From NCBI GenBank assembly GCA_000934665.2, contig KZ538180.1, positions 62,001 to 106,715 of the forward strand: a stretch of DNA of 44,715 nucleotides, written 5' to 3'. Below, piece after piece: positions 10,696 through 24,500 of the stretch; position 1 is the stretch's first letter, and every line of letters begins with the position of its first letter. The position numbers and the translations under genes were made by a program. Origin of the DNA: Catajapyx aquilonaris. Its lineage: Eukaryota. Under the pieces are notes generated by a model. That model was not told the DNA's origin. It worked only from the letters and a program-made list of their open reading frames with translations, and ran no database searches.

Positions 10696-13600
10696 TGGAT
10701 TTTCACATTCCGCTGCACTCGAAATATTTAGATCAAGCCGCTCTCGAATTACATGTGCAACAGCCCCCCCCCCATTCCGCACTGTATGGCAAGCCAACAC
10801 ACAAGTCAGACATCTGTACCACCCGGTAAGTGCAACATTGCACCACACCAAGCAAGCATGAAAAGGGGTGCGCTAACAATGAACCCGTGTTTGCGGGTAT
10901 CCTGAAATATTCAGCGTCCGACCACACCGAATTAAAAAAAAGTGTGTTGCAATGCTACTCTATTAGAGTAAAATGTTGGGAGTATTTAGCCGCGTTTTGA
11001 ATTCCGCAAAGCCCATTCAGAGTGCTGCGGCGGTGGATCGAGATCCACAACCGCAGGGGCTCAACGTTGTAAGAGCTCTCTCGCGTCATTTCCTACATCT
11101 GACCACCATATCCAGTTAACCATGACTGGACCCCTCGCTTTTCGATGTTGAAGCTCTATAAAATCGCTTCAGCCTTTTTTTTTAAACATAGTGTTTGACA
11201 AACCCGAGAGAAATGAGTTTCCGGCATAAAATCCCTTAACATTGTTGGACAAATAAATGCAATCAGGGAAAAAATAAGGACACATACAAAGCAGGAAAGC
11301 AGATTGGATTGTTCCGCTTCCATTTTTATCCAGCTCTCCAAGATTGAATCTCAGGTCAGGCAAGTTTGCACCTCCTTTCTCAATCAAAATGATTCCACCT
11401 TTTTTTCTTATCTCTCCCTTTCTTTTTCTCTCCACCTCCGGTGTCTTATCAACTGGCTGGTGGTCCCGCCCTACTCCTCACTCTTAAGGAATAAAAAAGA
11501 TGGAGGAAAAATCTACGTTCAAGAGTTCTTGATGGCAGCAGGAGGCAGCGCCAAACCAGTTGTTGCGTTTTTACCCCCAAGAGAGCCTTTTCAATTCCCT
11601 ACGAATAAAGCAAACGCGGGAGATTGGGCTTGAGAACCGCAATAAAGGAGGCGATTGACTCGCGCCGGTTGCATAGAGAACAGCTCATAAAAGAAAAGGC
11701 CTGCTTTGCAGCAAGAGCCGGTCTTCGCATAGATACATAAAACGGAAGAAGAAAAAAAAAGTTTTTCCTGCGCATGATATACAAATGGAAAACTAAAGGT
11801 GAACAGTCGGTACAGATTAAACAGCAGTCATGTTTTTGCACAGAAATTGGCAGGCTGGCTTGTTTCTCTCTAAAAGATGTTCCCGATGTAATGTTCCCTG
11901 AGAGAGTTCCGCGAACAAATAGGCCGCATCGGATGGACAACCACTCGAGTCTAGTAGATAACGGCGAGCTCTCATTAGGCAACAAGCTCAAGCCTTGTTC
12001 TCCCTGCAAGGAAGCCTCCGAAAAAGCCGAAAAATCTCAGGCAACAGCAGCTACAAAATAGCTAGAGAGTAACACTATTGAGAAGTCGTTTCTTGAAGGG
12101 AAGGCGAACTTTTGATGGTGTCATGTCGCACTTAAATAGTTTCGTGCTCCATTAAGACGGGTCTGGGGGCTCCAGCTCCTGTCGTTGGCAGGTGCGGCCT
12201 TGTCACTCGGATCCGCAGTTTCGTGTCACAGAGGGACGTGGAAGATTTATAGTTGTGTAAAGCGAGGACACGTAGCCTGCTAACTCTCCCATTCAAAAGC
12301 ATCCACGCCCATGAATACTTAATGACAATATTGCACCCCGTTATATGCCACCCGACTCGCGTCATGATTTGTTATAACACCGTTTTTTTTAACCCAACCT
12401 TGTTTTGTCGTTAATTTAAATATTTTATACGCATTATGACATTCATTCAGAGTCAATGGCCAAACCTGATGTTAAACCACTCACTACAGGCCCGATTAAT
12501 GCGGTATTGATATCCCGTTATTTCGTATTTTATTATCAGTGATTGCTAACAATACAATCACACCCATTTGACAACTTGTTTTGCAAATCCACGCCACTCT
12601 TCGGGAGAGAAGTGCAAAAAAACAACAGGGTATTGCGGTCACTCTCGCGGCACCTGCAGTGGCAAATGACTGCTAAATTATAGTTTGGGTCGTAAATCCT
12701 CACTGGCCAATGTGATTACCACCCACCCTCGTTTGCATTGGGTTTAAATCACTATATCTGCCCGATCTTACATACATATATACGGGCTCTCTCTATTTGC
12801 ATTAATATTGAATCTAATCGTCAGTATCATGTTATTACCATGCCAATTTGTGACAAATTCCCGGTTCATAGTCCAATCAGTACTCTTGTCACCGTTCAAA
12901 AAATATTTTTATTTCATGGTTTTAGGGTTATGGCTCTCTCTATGCACGTGATGGTGGCCATAATTCCGCAATAGGCAGTAACAAAAGGGCAATTTCATGG
13001 CATGCATCTTAATTCACTCAATAGTCTCATTTTCATTGCCTCTGCAAAGTGGAGTGCACGTAAATTACTAGCTTCAGTCGCACATGCGCATAACTACATG
13101 TAGATCCCGATGTGTTAAGTCGGATGCTGAAATTACTATGTCTCCTGCAGCACGTCGAATTTTTTATGCAATCAAATTTTATGTTAATTATTACCCCGTC
13201 GTAGAGAGAAACCCTATAGACGCCACACCAAATTTCTCGAATAAAATTCACACCCTTAAAGTACGGTACTTGTAACGCCAAATAGCCTATTCATACATGG
13301 TCAATGGCGTAATGGATTCCAATGAACACGAGTGAACTTTCACTCTGCAAGAAATCATGAAGCATTTCACATATTGATAGTTAATTCAAAATTAGTCGCC
13401 CAGAATTTGGCAATAATCAGCTTAATTGCAATGTAAGCGATCCCATATTGCAGAAAATGTGATCCCCTCTCCACCCTAATTACCGCTCCCATTTAAACCC
13501 ACTGCGTCATTACCCTTTTGCGAAAACCGCAGGTTTTTCATTTCCCAGCCACCTACGTATACAGCCGAGCAAAAATAGTCGACTGGACCTGAAAGAAGAA

Positions 13601-14577
13601 AAATCGGACGGGATCAAGTATTGGAACGTGTGGCGTTTGAAATGGGGCGAAATCAATAGGCGTAGTGTAGCAGTTTGATTTCCTTGCAGATCCGCAGCCG
13701 AGGGAAACAGGGCCGGATATTTTCTCCTGGAGCTACGAGCCCCCCTCAGGCCTGGGACGCCATGATTTATTGCCCCGTGGCCCCCGCCGTTCTCTACAAG
13801 GTCCCGAGTTCGATCACGGACCCGACGTTATATATTTTTTGCAAACCTCTTTTGGCCCCCGCCCTCTTCCGATAATCTGAGGCCGCCGAGGCAAAATGGG
13901 CCTGGGTTACACGCAAGAAGCCGAGTGCCAGATAGATCCTCATCATATCGGTCGCCGAGGGTTGTTCAACACTTGCAGCTGGCAGGCCCCAGAGTTATTG
14001 CCCCCAGGGCCAGGTCACCTGTCACCCTTGCAGAGTCATGTATCTTACTCCTCTCCTTTTCAGGTAGGCCTTTATAGGATAGTGTTTACCACCGAGAAGG
14101 AAAGACGGCACAAGAGAGGAAATAATCAAACTGAATAATACTCGATATACTCCCGAGCAGGTTGTTATACATCACTGCAGTGTATTCTCTCGAACACTTC
14201 CCCAGCGGGCTTATTCTGGCAGTAACGGATATTCTCTTAGCTGTAACAGATGGGCTCCAGACGTAACAGATATATGAGGCTCCGGGATGAGGTTCTCTCC
14301 CTGCAGGATGGGAGATGTCGCTTTAAGGTTCAATTTGCCGGCAGAAATCTAGAAATTCGGGCCATACATTATGTCCTGATCTTACATCATCATGTTACAC
14401 TAGGTGATTTTCTCGAATCAGAACCATTAACTTCAATCATTTTTGACTAACAACAATAATGTAGACTAATATGAACACACTAGTGAACCCATTGCCAATA
14501 TTGGGAAAAACATATCATCAGTATGACAGTGCCAATTAAACGACTTTAATGAGATGGCTCCCCGATTTGCCACGTAG

Positions 14578-14724
14578 TACTGATCTTCACGCATAGATAG
14601 CGCATACTCCCTCAGCACACTCCTGCCACCGTGCGACATATAGCGACACTATCAGGTCGGACAAACATCCTACGAAGAGAATAAGCCTATTAGGAGAAAG
14701 ATGGTCGCAAAAATTTCACTCTGC
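14578..14724 (+). repeat. Dispersed repeat, copy A (~150 bp)
   Basis: Colinear with 41100-41256: TCTTCACGCATA..GATAG..GCACA.TCCTGCC..GTGCGA..CTATCAGGTCGGACRAACATCCYACGRAGAGAA..AGCCT.TTAG..AAAGAT. Confidence 0.85.
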
Positions 14725-15410
14725 TAAAATATCTCATTCCCTGTGTAATCACAGTCCGTTTGAAACTAATGTCAAAACTCTGCGCAGAATTAATACGGCA
14801 AACACGACCCTGCGTTATTGCTCACTCCAAGCACGTAATACATCCTTGACAAATGGAACCCTTCGTCGTCCCCGACGTGATTCCAAGTGACCACTCTCCA
14901 GCGACTGACATGGCCATTAGGCATGTGCAGCTAGTAGTAAAACTCTAAAAGTTGCGGTGAGACCACCAACGAACCCTCTCTTCCTTTTCGGAACAGTCCG
15001 TGCTCCATGGACCAGCATCCCCGGCCCCTCTCTCTTGCGAATAATTGACCACAAGAACCTCCCAGAACAAAAGTCAACACGACCACGCCTGAAACCTTCA
15101 CAATCAAGACAATTCCTCCCCCACCCCCCACCTCCCACCCCAAAAAAGAAGAGCAGACAACGAAAAAGCGGCTTGGTGCTGAGGGTTTGAAATTGAATGC
15201 GAACTTGCTCGTAACCGCAATCAGAAGCCTGGCCCTCCTTTCTCTCGACAAGGCGACCTTTTAAGCCCACAGCTTGCTCTGATTAGCGACGAAGGTTCTA
15301 CGTGCAACTTTAGACTCCGGAGTGTCTCTCCAAAGAAAGGATAACGAGTGCTTTCCGCTTCTGCGCTCGTTACCCGCTCGAAATCTCGAAATGCGATCGT
15401 TGCAACTCCC

Positions 15411-15456
15411 TGAACAAAACTGCGCTTCGCGTTTCTCTCTATATACAGCACCCCCC
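15411..15456 (-). promoter_or_regulatory. Weak TATA-like core promoter candidate, minus strand
   Basis: The minus strand reads GGGGGGTGCTG-TATATAGA (TATA 15445-15438) followed by CpG-rich sequence. Inr-like GCAGTT and TTCAGG lie 24 and 34 nt downstream, neither at ideal spacing. Confidence 0.2.
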
Positions 15457-16452
15457 TCTAGAAAGAGACTGGCTTAACACTGCTTTTTTTGCGCTTCTCG
15501 CGAATGACAGATGAGCCTAACAAGCTCGAAAACAAGGCAGGATTATTCATTATTATTTGGAAAATATTGCTTAGGAAGCTGGAGGCACATTTTTCAGCTC
15601 TTGCGAAAAACTGGGAGAGAAGAATGAGAAAAAAATATAAACTTTTTTTGGGGGCGTTTGAGAAAAGCCTTTTGCACTCTGAGAGTATACTTCTGGCAAG
15701 ATGAACCTCTGTTTCCTCTAGGAAAATTTTCAACTTTTGCGTTCTTACTTTCCCCGAGAGATTAATAAGCGTCCCAACTACAATCTTACAAGAAATATAC
15801 TGCTCTCAAAATGGAATCGTTAGTCTTCAAAGCGTATGCAGGGCCTGGGATTCCTTCGCCGAGGAAGAAAATGGCTGGAAACGTTGCAAAATGGCAAGTA
15901 CGAGGTTTCCAAAACTTTCCGCAAATAACATCGTTTGGGAGTTATATTGCTTTGCACAAAAACCTTAGGTTCTTCTCTGAAGGGCCTTCCACACATTGCC
16001 TCAGCTGCTTTATCGCTGCTTGATCAACTCGGTTAGATGATTAGCGCTCCAGCTTTTTGCTATACTGTACTGTACTGTAGCAATCGAGGTGACTATATAG
16101 AGAGAGTAATCGATACTAATTTTCGGCTCGTGAAACTAAAGTAAGTGCATAATAAACTCATTAAGACAGTATCGGATCAAGCTCGGGCTATATCGCAATG
16201 AGAGAAGAGCCACACTCGGTGTGCAATGAGCGAAAATTAATCTCTCAACTTTGCAGCTCCGAGACGGTGGAAACATCTGTGCGCTTCTTCCATCAAGTCT
16301 TCCTGGTTACTCAACCGCAACTCTTGCTCTTTCCGTCCTCTTTTTGCCAGGCCAGACCCGAGCCTCAACGAGGGAAATGCTCCTCCTCCAATCGTAGAGA
16401 ACCTTTCATTTGCATCCGACAAAGAATTTCCAAGTCAGCCCTTCCACCGCGG

Positions 16453-16472
16453 CTCTCTCTCTCTCTCTCTCT
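16453..16472. repeat. (CT)10 microsatellite
   Basis: Read directly from the sequence. Confidence 0.9.
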
Positions 16473-17495
16473 TATGCTACGAATCGCCTGAATATGCAAA
16501 ACGACCATCAGAATTCCTTGGCCGCTTCTCCAAATTGCGGCGCCACTGAATCCTAATGTCGCCACTTACTGAGGCTTAGGTGTGTTTCACTTTCTTCTAC
16601 TTTTGTCCCGTTTCGTTCCTTTTCCCTTTTACAAAAATACAACTATAATGCACAAGGATGCGTTCCAGTTCATCTTACCAGCTATGACATCCCGTATAAC
16701 TTGCAATAGTTCCACTATCCGGCACAAAAAATAAAAATAAAAATCTGGCTCCAAGGTTGGTGCCCTATCCTCACTATCCCAAAAAAATAGTGCATAACGT
16801 CTTTCGTCGGAAGGAGCCAGAAAACTAGGTCGTTCCCTCCAGCAGCAGAGAGACTTCTGTCAACTTTTTGAACATTGACGATTGCCTTTGCGCCTGCAAA
16901 GCCGCCGAGAGCTTTCCCTGCACGCTCTTTGCCAAATAACTTTTCCTTCATCTTTCTTCCCACCACTTCCTATACCAGCCCATAAATGAGAGATACTGCT
17001 TGTACACACAACTCTCGACCACTTTTTCCCCCGTCTTGTTACAATCCGGATTCTCACTGATAGGCTGGTAAATAAATGCGACAAAGGTGGATCCAAGGAT
17101 AAATGTAATCAATGGGTCTCGTCCTATCCTCCCCACACTGTTTCCCTCCTTATCGACTTTGACTGGCTAAAACGAGATAGCATCTTCAGGCCTCATATAT
17201 CGTTTTCCGATGATCAGTTAATATTATCCTTTCAACATCGCCGGAACGTTGGGAAGCCGCGTCCGGAAATTGGATCCCCTCTTTTTTTCCATCTTCTTTT
17301 TCTCCCGAGAGTGTGAGTGCTATACCTTCTTTAGGAGGCCTGCTTTTTGCTGGCTTTTATCTTTGTAATGATGAAATATTAGACGGGATTTCCTGGACCG
17401 CTGCAGAATGCAGGCTCCAGGAATCTGTCTTCGAAGCTGGACCCGGAGGCTGGATTTTGCTTTTTTATATATATACGTATATTTCTTAAGGGCTG

Positions 17496-17518
17496 CCCCC
17501 CCCCCCCCAAAAAAAAAA
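17496..17518. repeat. C13-A10 compound homopolymer
   Basis: Read directly. Other long G/C runs occur at about 10764, 28292, 30864, 37555 and 44052. Confidence 0.9.
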
Positions 17519-18350
17519 CAACAACTGAGCGCTTCACTAGGTCTACAGACTGCTGCGAGTCATAACGTGGAAGAGTAATCAATGCGCCTCCTTCTTTTTC
17601 TGAGAACTTACACTTCCCTTCGCCCCGCAGTAATCGATTAATGAAGTGCTTATAATATTAATTTCATGCCGAGATAAAGAGGGGCATGTGAAAGTGGGCG
17701 CGATTTTCTAGACTCTACGAGTCCTATAAACTCAATTTGCCTCCATTTTCCTGCAGCGTCAATTTAAACTTTCATTACACCGGCATCTGTAAACCCTTCC
17801 GGATGTAATTCGCAGCCAGATGGTGCTGGAACAGCACGGTTGCCATTTAAAAATAGGCTATACACCGATCTACGCGAAAAAAGCGCTGTTTTCTCAACAA
17901 TGAATCTTCCTTTTTAAACATTTTTAGGCACTCGATGCCATTTAGATGTCCGTTTCAGTTGTATGCGTATTTCAAGGAGTTAACAAAATGTTTGCAATAT
18001 TAACAACATACAGAAGTATTAGTGAAATTACTTCCTTTGTCTGGTAGAGCACTGGAAATCTCGCTTATATGATCGCCTCTTTCGAATGTGGCGATCCTGT
18101 GACCAAGACAAGTGTCTCAGAGACTTTGACACATGCCCCATGTCCTTCCATCGATTATTAATCCTTCATCCCATTCTTTCCTGAACTTTTTAAAAGATTT
18201 CAACCCTTTCTTGCTCAAACCAACCGTTTTTCCCTCCCCCTCCCCCTTGCCTTGTTCCAACCTCCCGCTTCTCTGATTCCAAGTCCTTTCCTGTCGTCAG
18301 CTCTTCAACGACTTCCAAAGTTACGTCGTTTTTTCCAGACCGAAGCGCTC

Positions 18351-18587
18351 TGCTGAGTCATGAGTCAAGGCGAGCCGCAATTGGAAAATTCTGTGTGCCA
18401 ATGTGCGGCTATAGTCTCTGCATGCTGATGAGACCAGAAGCGCCCTCCCTTTTCTTCCTTCCAAGAAAAGAAGACATTAGCTCTTAGAGGTGGCCTTGCC
18501 ATTTTCAAGTCAGACCTTTTCTAGCCCAGAATCGACCTCTGGGTGCTGTGTGTATATATATAAAAAAGAGGGTAGGTGCAATCAGTC
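18351..18587 (+). promoter_or_regulatory. Candidate Pol II promoter: ARE/AP-1 pair, STAT-like site, TATA box and Inr
   Basis: TGCTGAGTCAT (18351-18361) abuts a second TGAGTCA (18361-18367). TTCCAAGAA lies at 18459-18467, TATATATATAAA at 18553-18564, and Inr-type TCAGTC at 18582-18587, with its A (18584) 31 nt after the first T of the TATA run. Confidence 0.45.
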
Positions 18588-21500
18588 GATGAACGCATTC
18601 AAACAGCAGTCGAGGTGATTACGAAACGGTCATGCCGTACATCATTCAACGGGACAGTAATAAACTTTCTGACGAACCACGCAACGACAGCCTGTCTCCA
18701 TTTGTTACCGCGCACGTGATTCGGTTCTTTGCACCGATTTACTAATTGCCTGTACACTGGGTCACTGGACTGAAGCTGAAAAGGGCTTGACCGTGCGAGC
18801 AACCAGTATGCGACACAGTGTGTACCTCTTGTGTAATTTAGTACCTTCAACGAGTTAGATGAAGAGAAGACAGGACAAAAAAATTCTGGAGCAGTAATTT
18901 CCGGAGGGTTGCGGACATTTTTTAATCCGGTTGACATGGGTCTTGTACATAATTCAAGTAATCGTTAAAAGCTCCCGGTGCTAATTGCGTCTGTGAGTAA
19001 CGGGTTGTAACTCGAGGTTTTTTTTTGTCTTCCCAAATATGGTTAGAGAAGTCGCATGAATGATTCAAAAACGCCGCGAATTTCCCTGCCGAGCGTCTGA
19101 CATGAGCTTCAATCTTGTGGTAAAAATTTTTGTTCGGGGTGAGCCGCAATTTGAGCTCCAAGGGAGGTCTTCATCCTCTCGCTGCCTTTCATAGCTGTAT
19201 TATTAAACCTACCAGCCACAAACCAACTGACGGTTTTACATCAAACCTGAATCCCAGAAAAAAAGGCACAAAAAAGCTTTCCTCTGCTCGACAACTTGTA
19301 TTATTACATGTTAATAAACACGTTGTGGTTGGACTGTACACTAGTACAGTGTATCATTTTAATGGTAAAAATTCACACATTCCCTCTAGCTAGTTAGTTA
19401 GATCGAAGCGCGAAGGATGCTCTTTCAATCTGGGTGTGCCTTTAAAAAATCGAAGCCGACTTAAAACCAGGGGCACGTCAGAGGAAGCAAACGGGGCGGG
19501 TATTAAACGGGCAAGTAGGTCCACTGGCACAATTCGTGGTGATGCTGCCAACGACATTTCCTCAGAGAGTGAGGACCAAAAACTCCACAACCAAAGCTCG
19601 AAAGGACTGCATGTCTCTAATGAGACAAGAATCAACAATGGAATACGAACCAAGAATTGCAACAAAGGTGCAGGGTTTAAAGATGGATGCAGCTTTTTTT
19701 TTCTTGTTATCAGGATAGTGTGGCAATGCAGGCGTAAAAAGCCAATCACCTTTTGCAGGGTAGCTTGGGCCTTTAAATGTAGAAGTCTGACTTGATTGTT
19801 CCGGAGGTTTGCTTTGATGCGGGTTTCGAGAGAGGGGGAAGTCAACTGAGGATAGCCCAAGTGTTGATTTTCACGGGGTGTGGAGAGCTCTTGGGATTAT
19901 GCTCACATGGCGAAAAAAAGGCGGAATTGAATCACTGTAGCAACCTGAACGCTATATGCACTGGAACCAAAGGCGAGCTATACAGGAAAATACAAAAGGC
20001 TGGTTTTTTGTGACCAAAAACGAGCACAGGATCTGGCCTTTTTACAGACTCTGAGCCTAAATGGTGTCAACTCAAGTGTAAGTTAACTAATGTCCATACA
20101 GGTGGTATTACAAGTGAACTGTACGCGAAAATGATCGCTAATTTTGTGCAAGTTCAATGGCCTACAGTGTCGTACAGATTAGTCCAACAAGAGCTTATGA
20201 AAGTTCAAGTGAGTTATTATAAATCCCATCAAACAGTTACAATAATTTTTACACAGAGGAATGAAAGAGTTATTATTGTCGCGAACATTCCAATGCTGCG
20301 CTGCCCCCAATGACATGCCATAATATTATTAATAGATTCCCATTAGTGCTTGCGTGTTGGCGCCGAGCCCAAATCAGATAGTTTCTCTCCAGTTGTTTGT
20401 TTAAAACTGACGGCAACAAACCCAAGAATATTTTCAAACACTATACGGTATATGGATGATTTTTTTTTTAACCAGCGAGCGCAACCGAGTGCACAACATA
20501 GTTCGCGCAAATTGTTTCCAACACTACGTTTGAGGGGGTAACAATATGGCCGACTTTTGCGACGTTGCCAATGCTCTGGAATGAGCCTTAGAGGCTACCG
20601 GTGTTAATTTGGCCCCTGAGGAGTAACTGTGGCAACGTTGTTGTCGGCACAACTGACTTGCGCGGGGTGCGCACTCGGTTGCGCTCGTAAAAAAAAATCA
20701 TATATAGAGGCAAACTGTACCAAGCCTATAGTATAGACTATTAATAGGCCCACTCAGTTGTTTCTAGGCACAATGATGGGATGACATTGGTCTCTCTAAA
20801 GTTACAACAAGGTGGCCTACGACTTAATATCAACCAAAATAGTGTAGGCTACTACGTCTAGACCAGGTCCGTTTCACTAGGTGCTGTGTAAACGACCCTT
20901 ATTACAAAAGGGGTCTCCAAAACAACAATCCGTCTCCCCGGCACGGAGTGTTATATGGATTCAAATTAAAAGGGTGACGTTTCTACCTGGTAGCAGGAAA
21001 CGTCGAGCAATAAACAAGCAGTGTCCGTGTGTGTATGGGCGGGCATTTTCCACGATGATGGGGCCCCCACGACCACACAAAAGGGGGGTGTTTGGTGGTC
21101 CCCCCACCTCACCTGATTTATAGCCCGGAATCCTGCATGGAAACCCGGTGCGATAGATCAGAATCAGCGAGTGTCGCCTGAGCGGGTCTCATTTGTCTCG
21201 TCTTCTGGACGGTCAGACGTCCCGCTGGGAAGGCGTCAATTTGGATCTGACCGCCATTTGTGGAGTCATATTGCGCCTGTCATGCCCGGAACCCCCCGGA
21301 ACAAACCAACTGGATATCACTTCTGAACGGCCGCTGTTTTAGACGACACCTTTTTTTTATTTCCAAGAAAGAGGCACTGACGGTATAGCCTTTGGTTCAA
21401 AGCAGTGTCAGGTCCGGCTTTTATGAGCGGGTGTCACACACTAGGGTCAGTGTCACAAAGGGTGTGGGGACACACAAAGAGTAGCCCTGTAAAAGTTTAG

Positions 21501-24500
21501 CAGGCGTACTGTACAGTACATACATGGTTGCATGCAATTACAACATATTTCTATAGCTAACTAACGTAATGGCAATGAGCAATTAAACTTAAAATGTGCT
21601 GAAAAATACGGGCACAGATCTTTAGATTCTCTCGTGAGGCAGCCAACATGAAATATTGCTAAATTTTTTAATGAATGTAAATCACGCAATATTTAGCGGG
21701 AGGGATTTTTGTTTTGCATAGATAAGTTCAGAATGGTTTTTGTCACTGTCAAACGGGAGAAAATTTCAATTCAAGCAATATCAGAATTAATCAACATTTT
21801 GCAACAATCACTAATTGTATCCTTGGTGACTGCTACTTGTTTTCCTTCAAATTCAATCAAAATTTGCAAAATCACTCCCATATGAGTCAAATCCTCGTGA
21901 TAATGATCGAAATTATACAGACTCGTCGAAAGGATTCTTGTAATAAATTAGTCCTGATAAAAACATTGTTTTACACCCAAAAAAGTTGGGTGTTAAATTT
22001 CGCACCGTTGGCACCTTCATAGAGCGGACTAACCCCGGCACTTTTCCTTTCGCGTGCAATACTCGTCCCATATTATGCGGGCTGTAATAGCCTGCTACGT
22101 GAATTGCCTATTAGCTAACAGTCGATCCGGGACACACGTCTACATGCATCAAAATCCGGGGACCGTTGCCACATGCGCTTGCTGACACAGCCGCCTCCCA
22201 GAAACTCAAACAAGGCCGCTGGGGACTTTTTACAAGCTCCGAAAAAAAAACACATATATATATCCTGTGAGGGGGTGTGTCCTTCACATTTGTATTCCCC
22301 TGTGCAAGTAACTTGACCACCAAAGCTCCGGAACCGCAGGACTCATGTGTCTGCTTCAACTCCGCGTCCGCTTTTCATCCGGTCGCTTTGAACCACGTAA
22401 CGAATGTCATACACTCCGCTAATTTCAAAAATACGAATAGCGTCCAATACACCCCCTCCAGGTTGTTATATCTCATTGCGAGTCTATACTTGCAATCTTT
22501 TGCGACGATTGTATTAATGCAGTGAGATGGGGCGAAACCAGTGGTCAAAAAATTTCCTTTTCGAGTTGGCTCCGACCCCTGGCAGCAGCCGCCGCTTGCT
22601 GCATTTGGATTTCGAATCCATGTGAATCTAAACCCGTAGCTTGGAAAAAAGGGGAATAAATTTCCCCCCAGCCCACCCCTGTGCTGAAGGGGGTCGTGGG
22701 CCCAGAGTTTGCACACTTTCCTCTGTGTTGCTCTACTACGCCATTATCCATGCGCTCACCAGCTTTTCAGGGCCTTCCAGCCGAATTCGCCGAATGAATT
22801 GAGATCCTACCCTATATGCTATACATATACGAAAATATATCCTCTCCCCCTCATGTTTTTCGTTCCTGTACATGCTCTGCGATGCACTTTGTGAGAAATC
22901 TCCCCACACAAAAGGCTGGCCCTACTCGTTATCTCCCAGGCAACAATGCCCTTTTGGCCCCCCACCCTGCTCCCCATACACCCCCTGTACCTGCGAGCAA
23001 CTCCGCAGCAGTGCTCTGTACACTTCCTTACGCTTTGCCAGCTATTCATTCCGGGCCAATTATTCGCAGTGAAAGCATGCGTGCATTTTGGAACCCGGGC
23101 TGACTACCAGCGACGTCGCTAAAGCAATTCAGATCCGCATTATTATGCTCGCTAATGCCTATCAGTGGCGACTACAATGTGGGCCTCTATTTACGGCGGC
23201 AGGACCCGACGTGCGATTCAATTTAATTTGCGTCTACGTTAATGTGTGTGGAGGTGTGCTATACCCCTAGAAGCATCAGGGAAAATTCCTTTACTCTAGC
23301 ACACAACTGAAGGAATGTATCCGCCCTGCAAAGCCAGATGTTTGTCTTCAAGCAAGACCGCACTGTCTCAACAGACATTGCTATCTAAGTGTAAGCGGCT
23401 TTGAGAGGCGGCGCGGCGATACAAATAGACGGCTGCGTATAACAACCCTGTGTACAGTATCGCGGAAAGTTACAGTAAAACTCTATTGGGTCAGACCACT
23501 GTACGTTCGGGTGAGCAACCTTCAAAGTAATTTAATCCTCTTATGACAAGAGGCAGGTCAGCCCTGGACATGATTGCTTGAAACACGCAATCATTCTGTA
23601 TAAGCGGTGTACAGTACAGAGAGTCCTTATTGTAGCAATAACGGATTTGCAGGAAAAAATAAGCGAATGACGATCCTGATTTTGAAGAAGGCAATATGAT
23701 TAATATCAACTAATTTGTTCTCATTTCTGTAGAACTTAATAGTGCTGTTCCTATAGTAGCCTGACGCACATAATTGTGACTCATTAAAACCAAAGGCAGT
23801 GTAATCACTTAATCAGTTAATGAGATTAGATGCAATATCCGACATCGCAACTTGCTTGACACGACGTCTTATTCTCTCCTTCACCTGTCCAATCCAATTC
23901 CTTATAAGCCTATCATCTTCATACTCCTGTATTACGATGACTAAAGTAGTAATAATAATAGCAAAGTAGGCCTATACGCGCTTTGAAATTGTGGCATGCT
24001 AATGGCATCGTTTCCAAATTAATATAATGCATATCGGTGCAACCCTCAATAAAAAGGTTCTTGGGCAACGTCATGTTACATATTGGTTTACACAAGGTCG
24101 GAAGACGGCTTCTGAAGGCTTTTGTAAGGGCAATAAAAGCTCTTTTGGCTCGAGTATAGCGGGTTCACATGAATGCTGCTCTTGAGCGTGAGTAAATCCC
24201 GTCCACTTTACCCACCTCCTTTTTGGCAAATTGAAATTGGTGGCCTGAAGGAGGCCGGGAACGAGGCATCTAATTGGACGGGTCACGGTAGTTAGGTGAA
24301 ATTAAGAGAATTCAATTGGGATCAAAGGCGGCGGGCCTCAGGAGAAAGGACAGAAGCGTTCGCTAATGGCGTGACTGCTCTGCCTTCACTCCAGCCACAG
24401 ACTTCGCCAGCGATAATATCAAGCTTTTGCTGGCCAAACTTTTGCTTCACCAGCCCCGCAAGGTTCCCATAATAATTTAGTCATGGCGAAAAAAGGTAGA

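Noticed and set aside
13796..13820. AAGGTCCCGAGTTCGATC resembling a tRNA T-arm or SINE B-box
   Set aside because: No upstream A-box or cloverleaf, and the B-box consensus is incomplete.
18425..18445. CTGATGA hammerhead-like cores (also at about 6915, 32060 and 39706)
   Set aside because: None is followed by a stem II and GAAA.
23471..23634. TACAGTAAAACTCTAT resembling a pogo/Tigger MITE end
   Set aside because: The putative partner end near 23615-23634 matches too poorly, and TACAGTA/TACTGTA words are common throughout the window.
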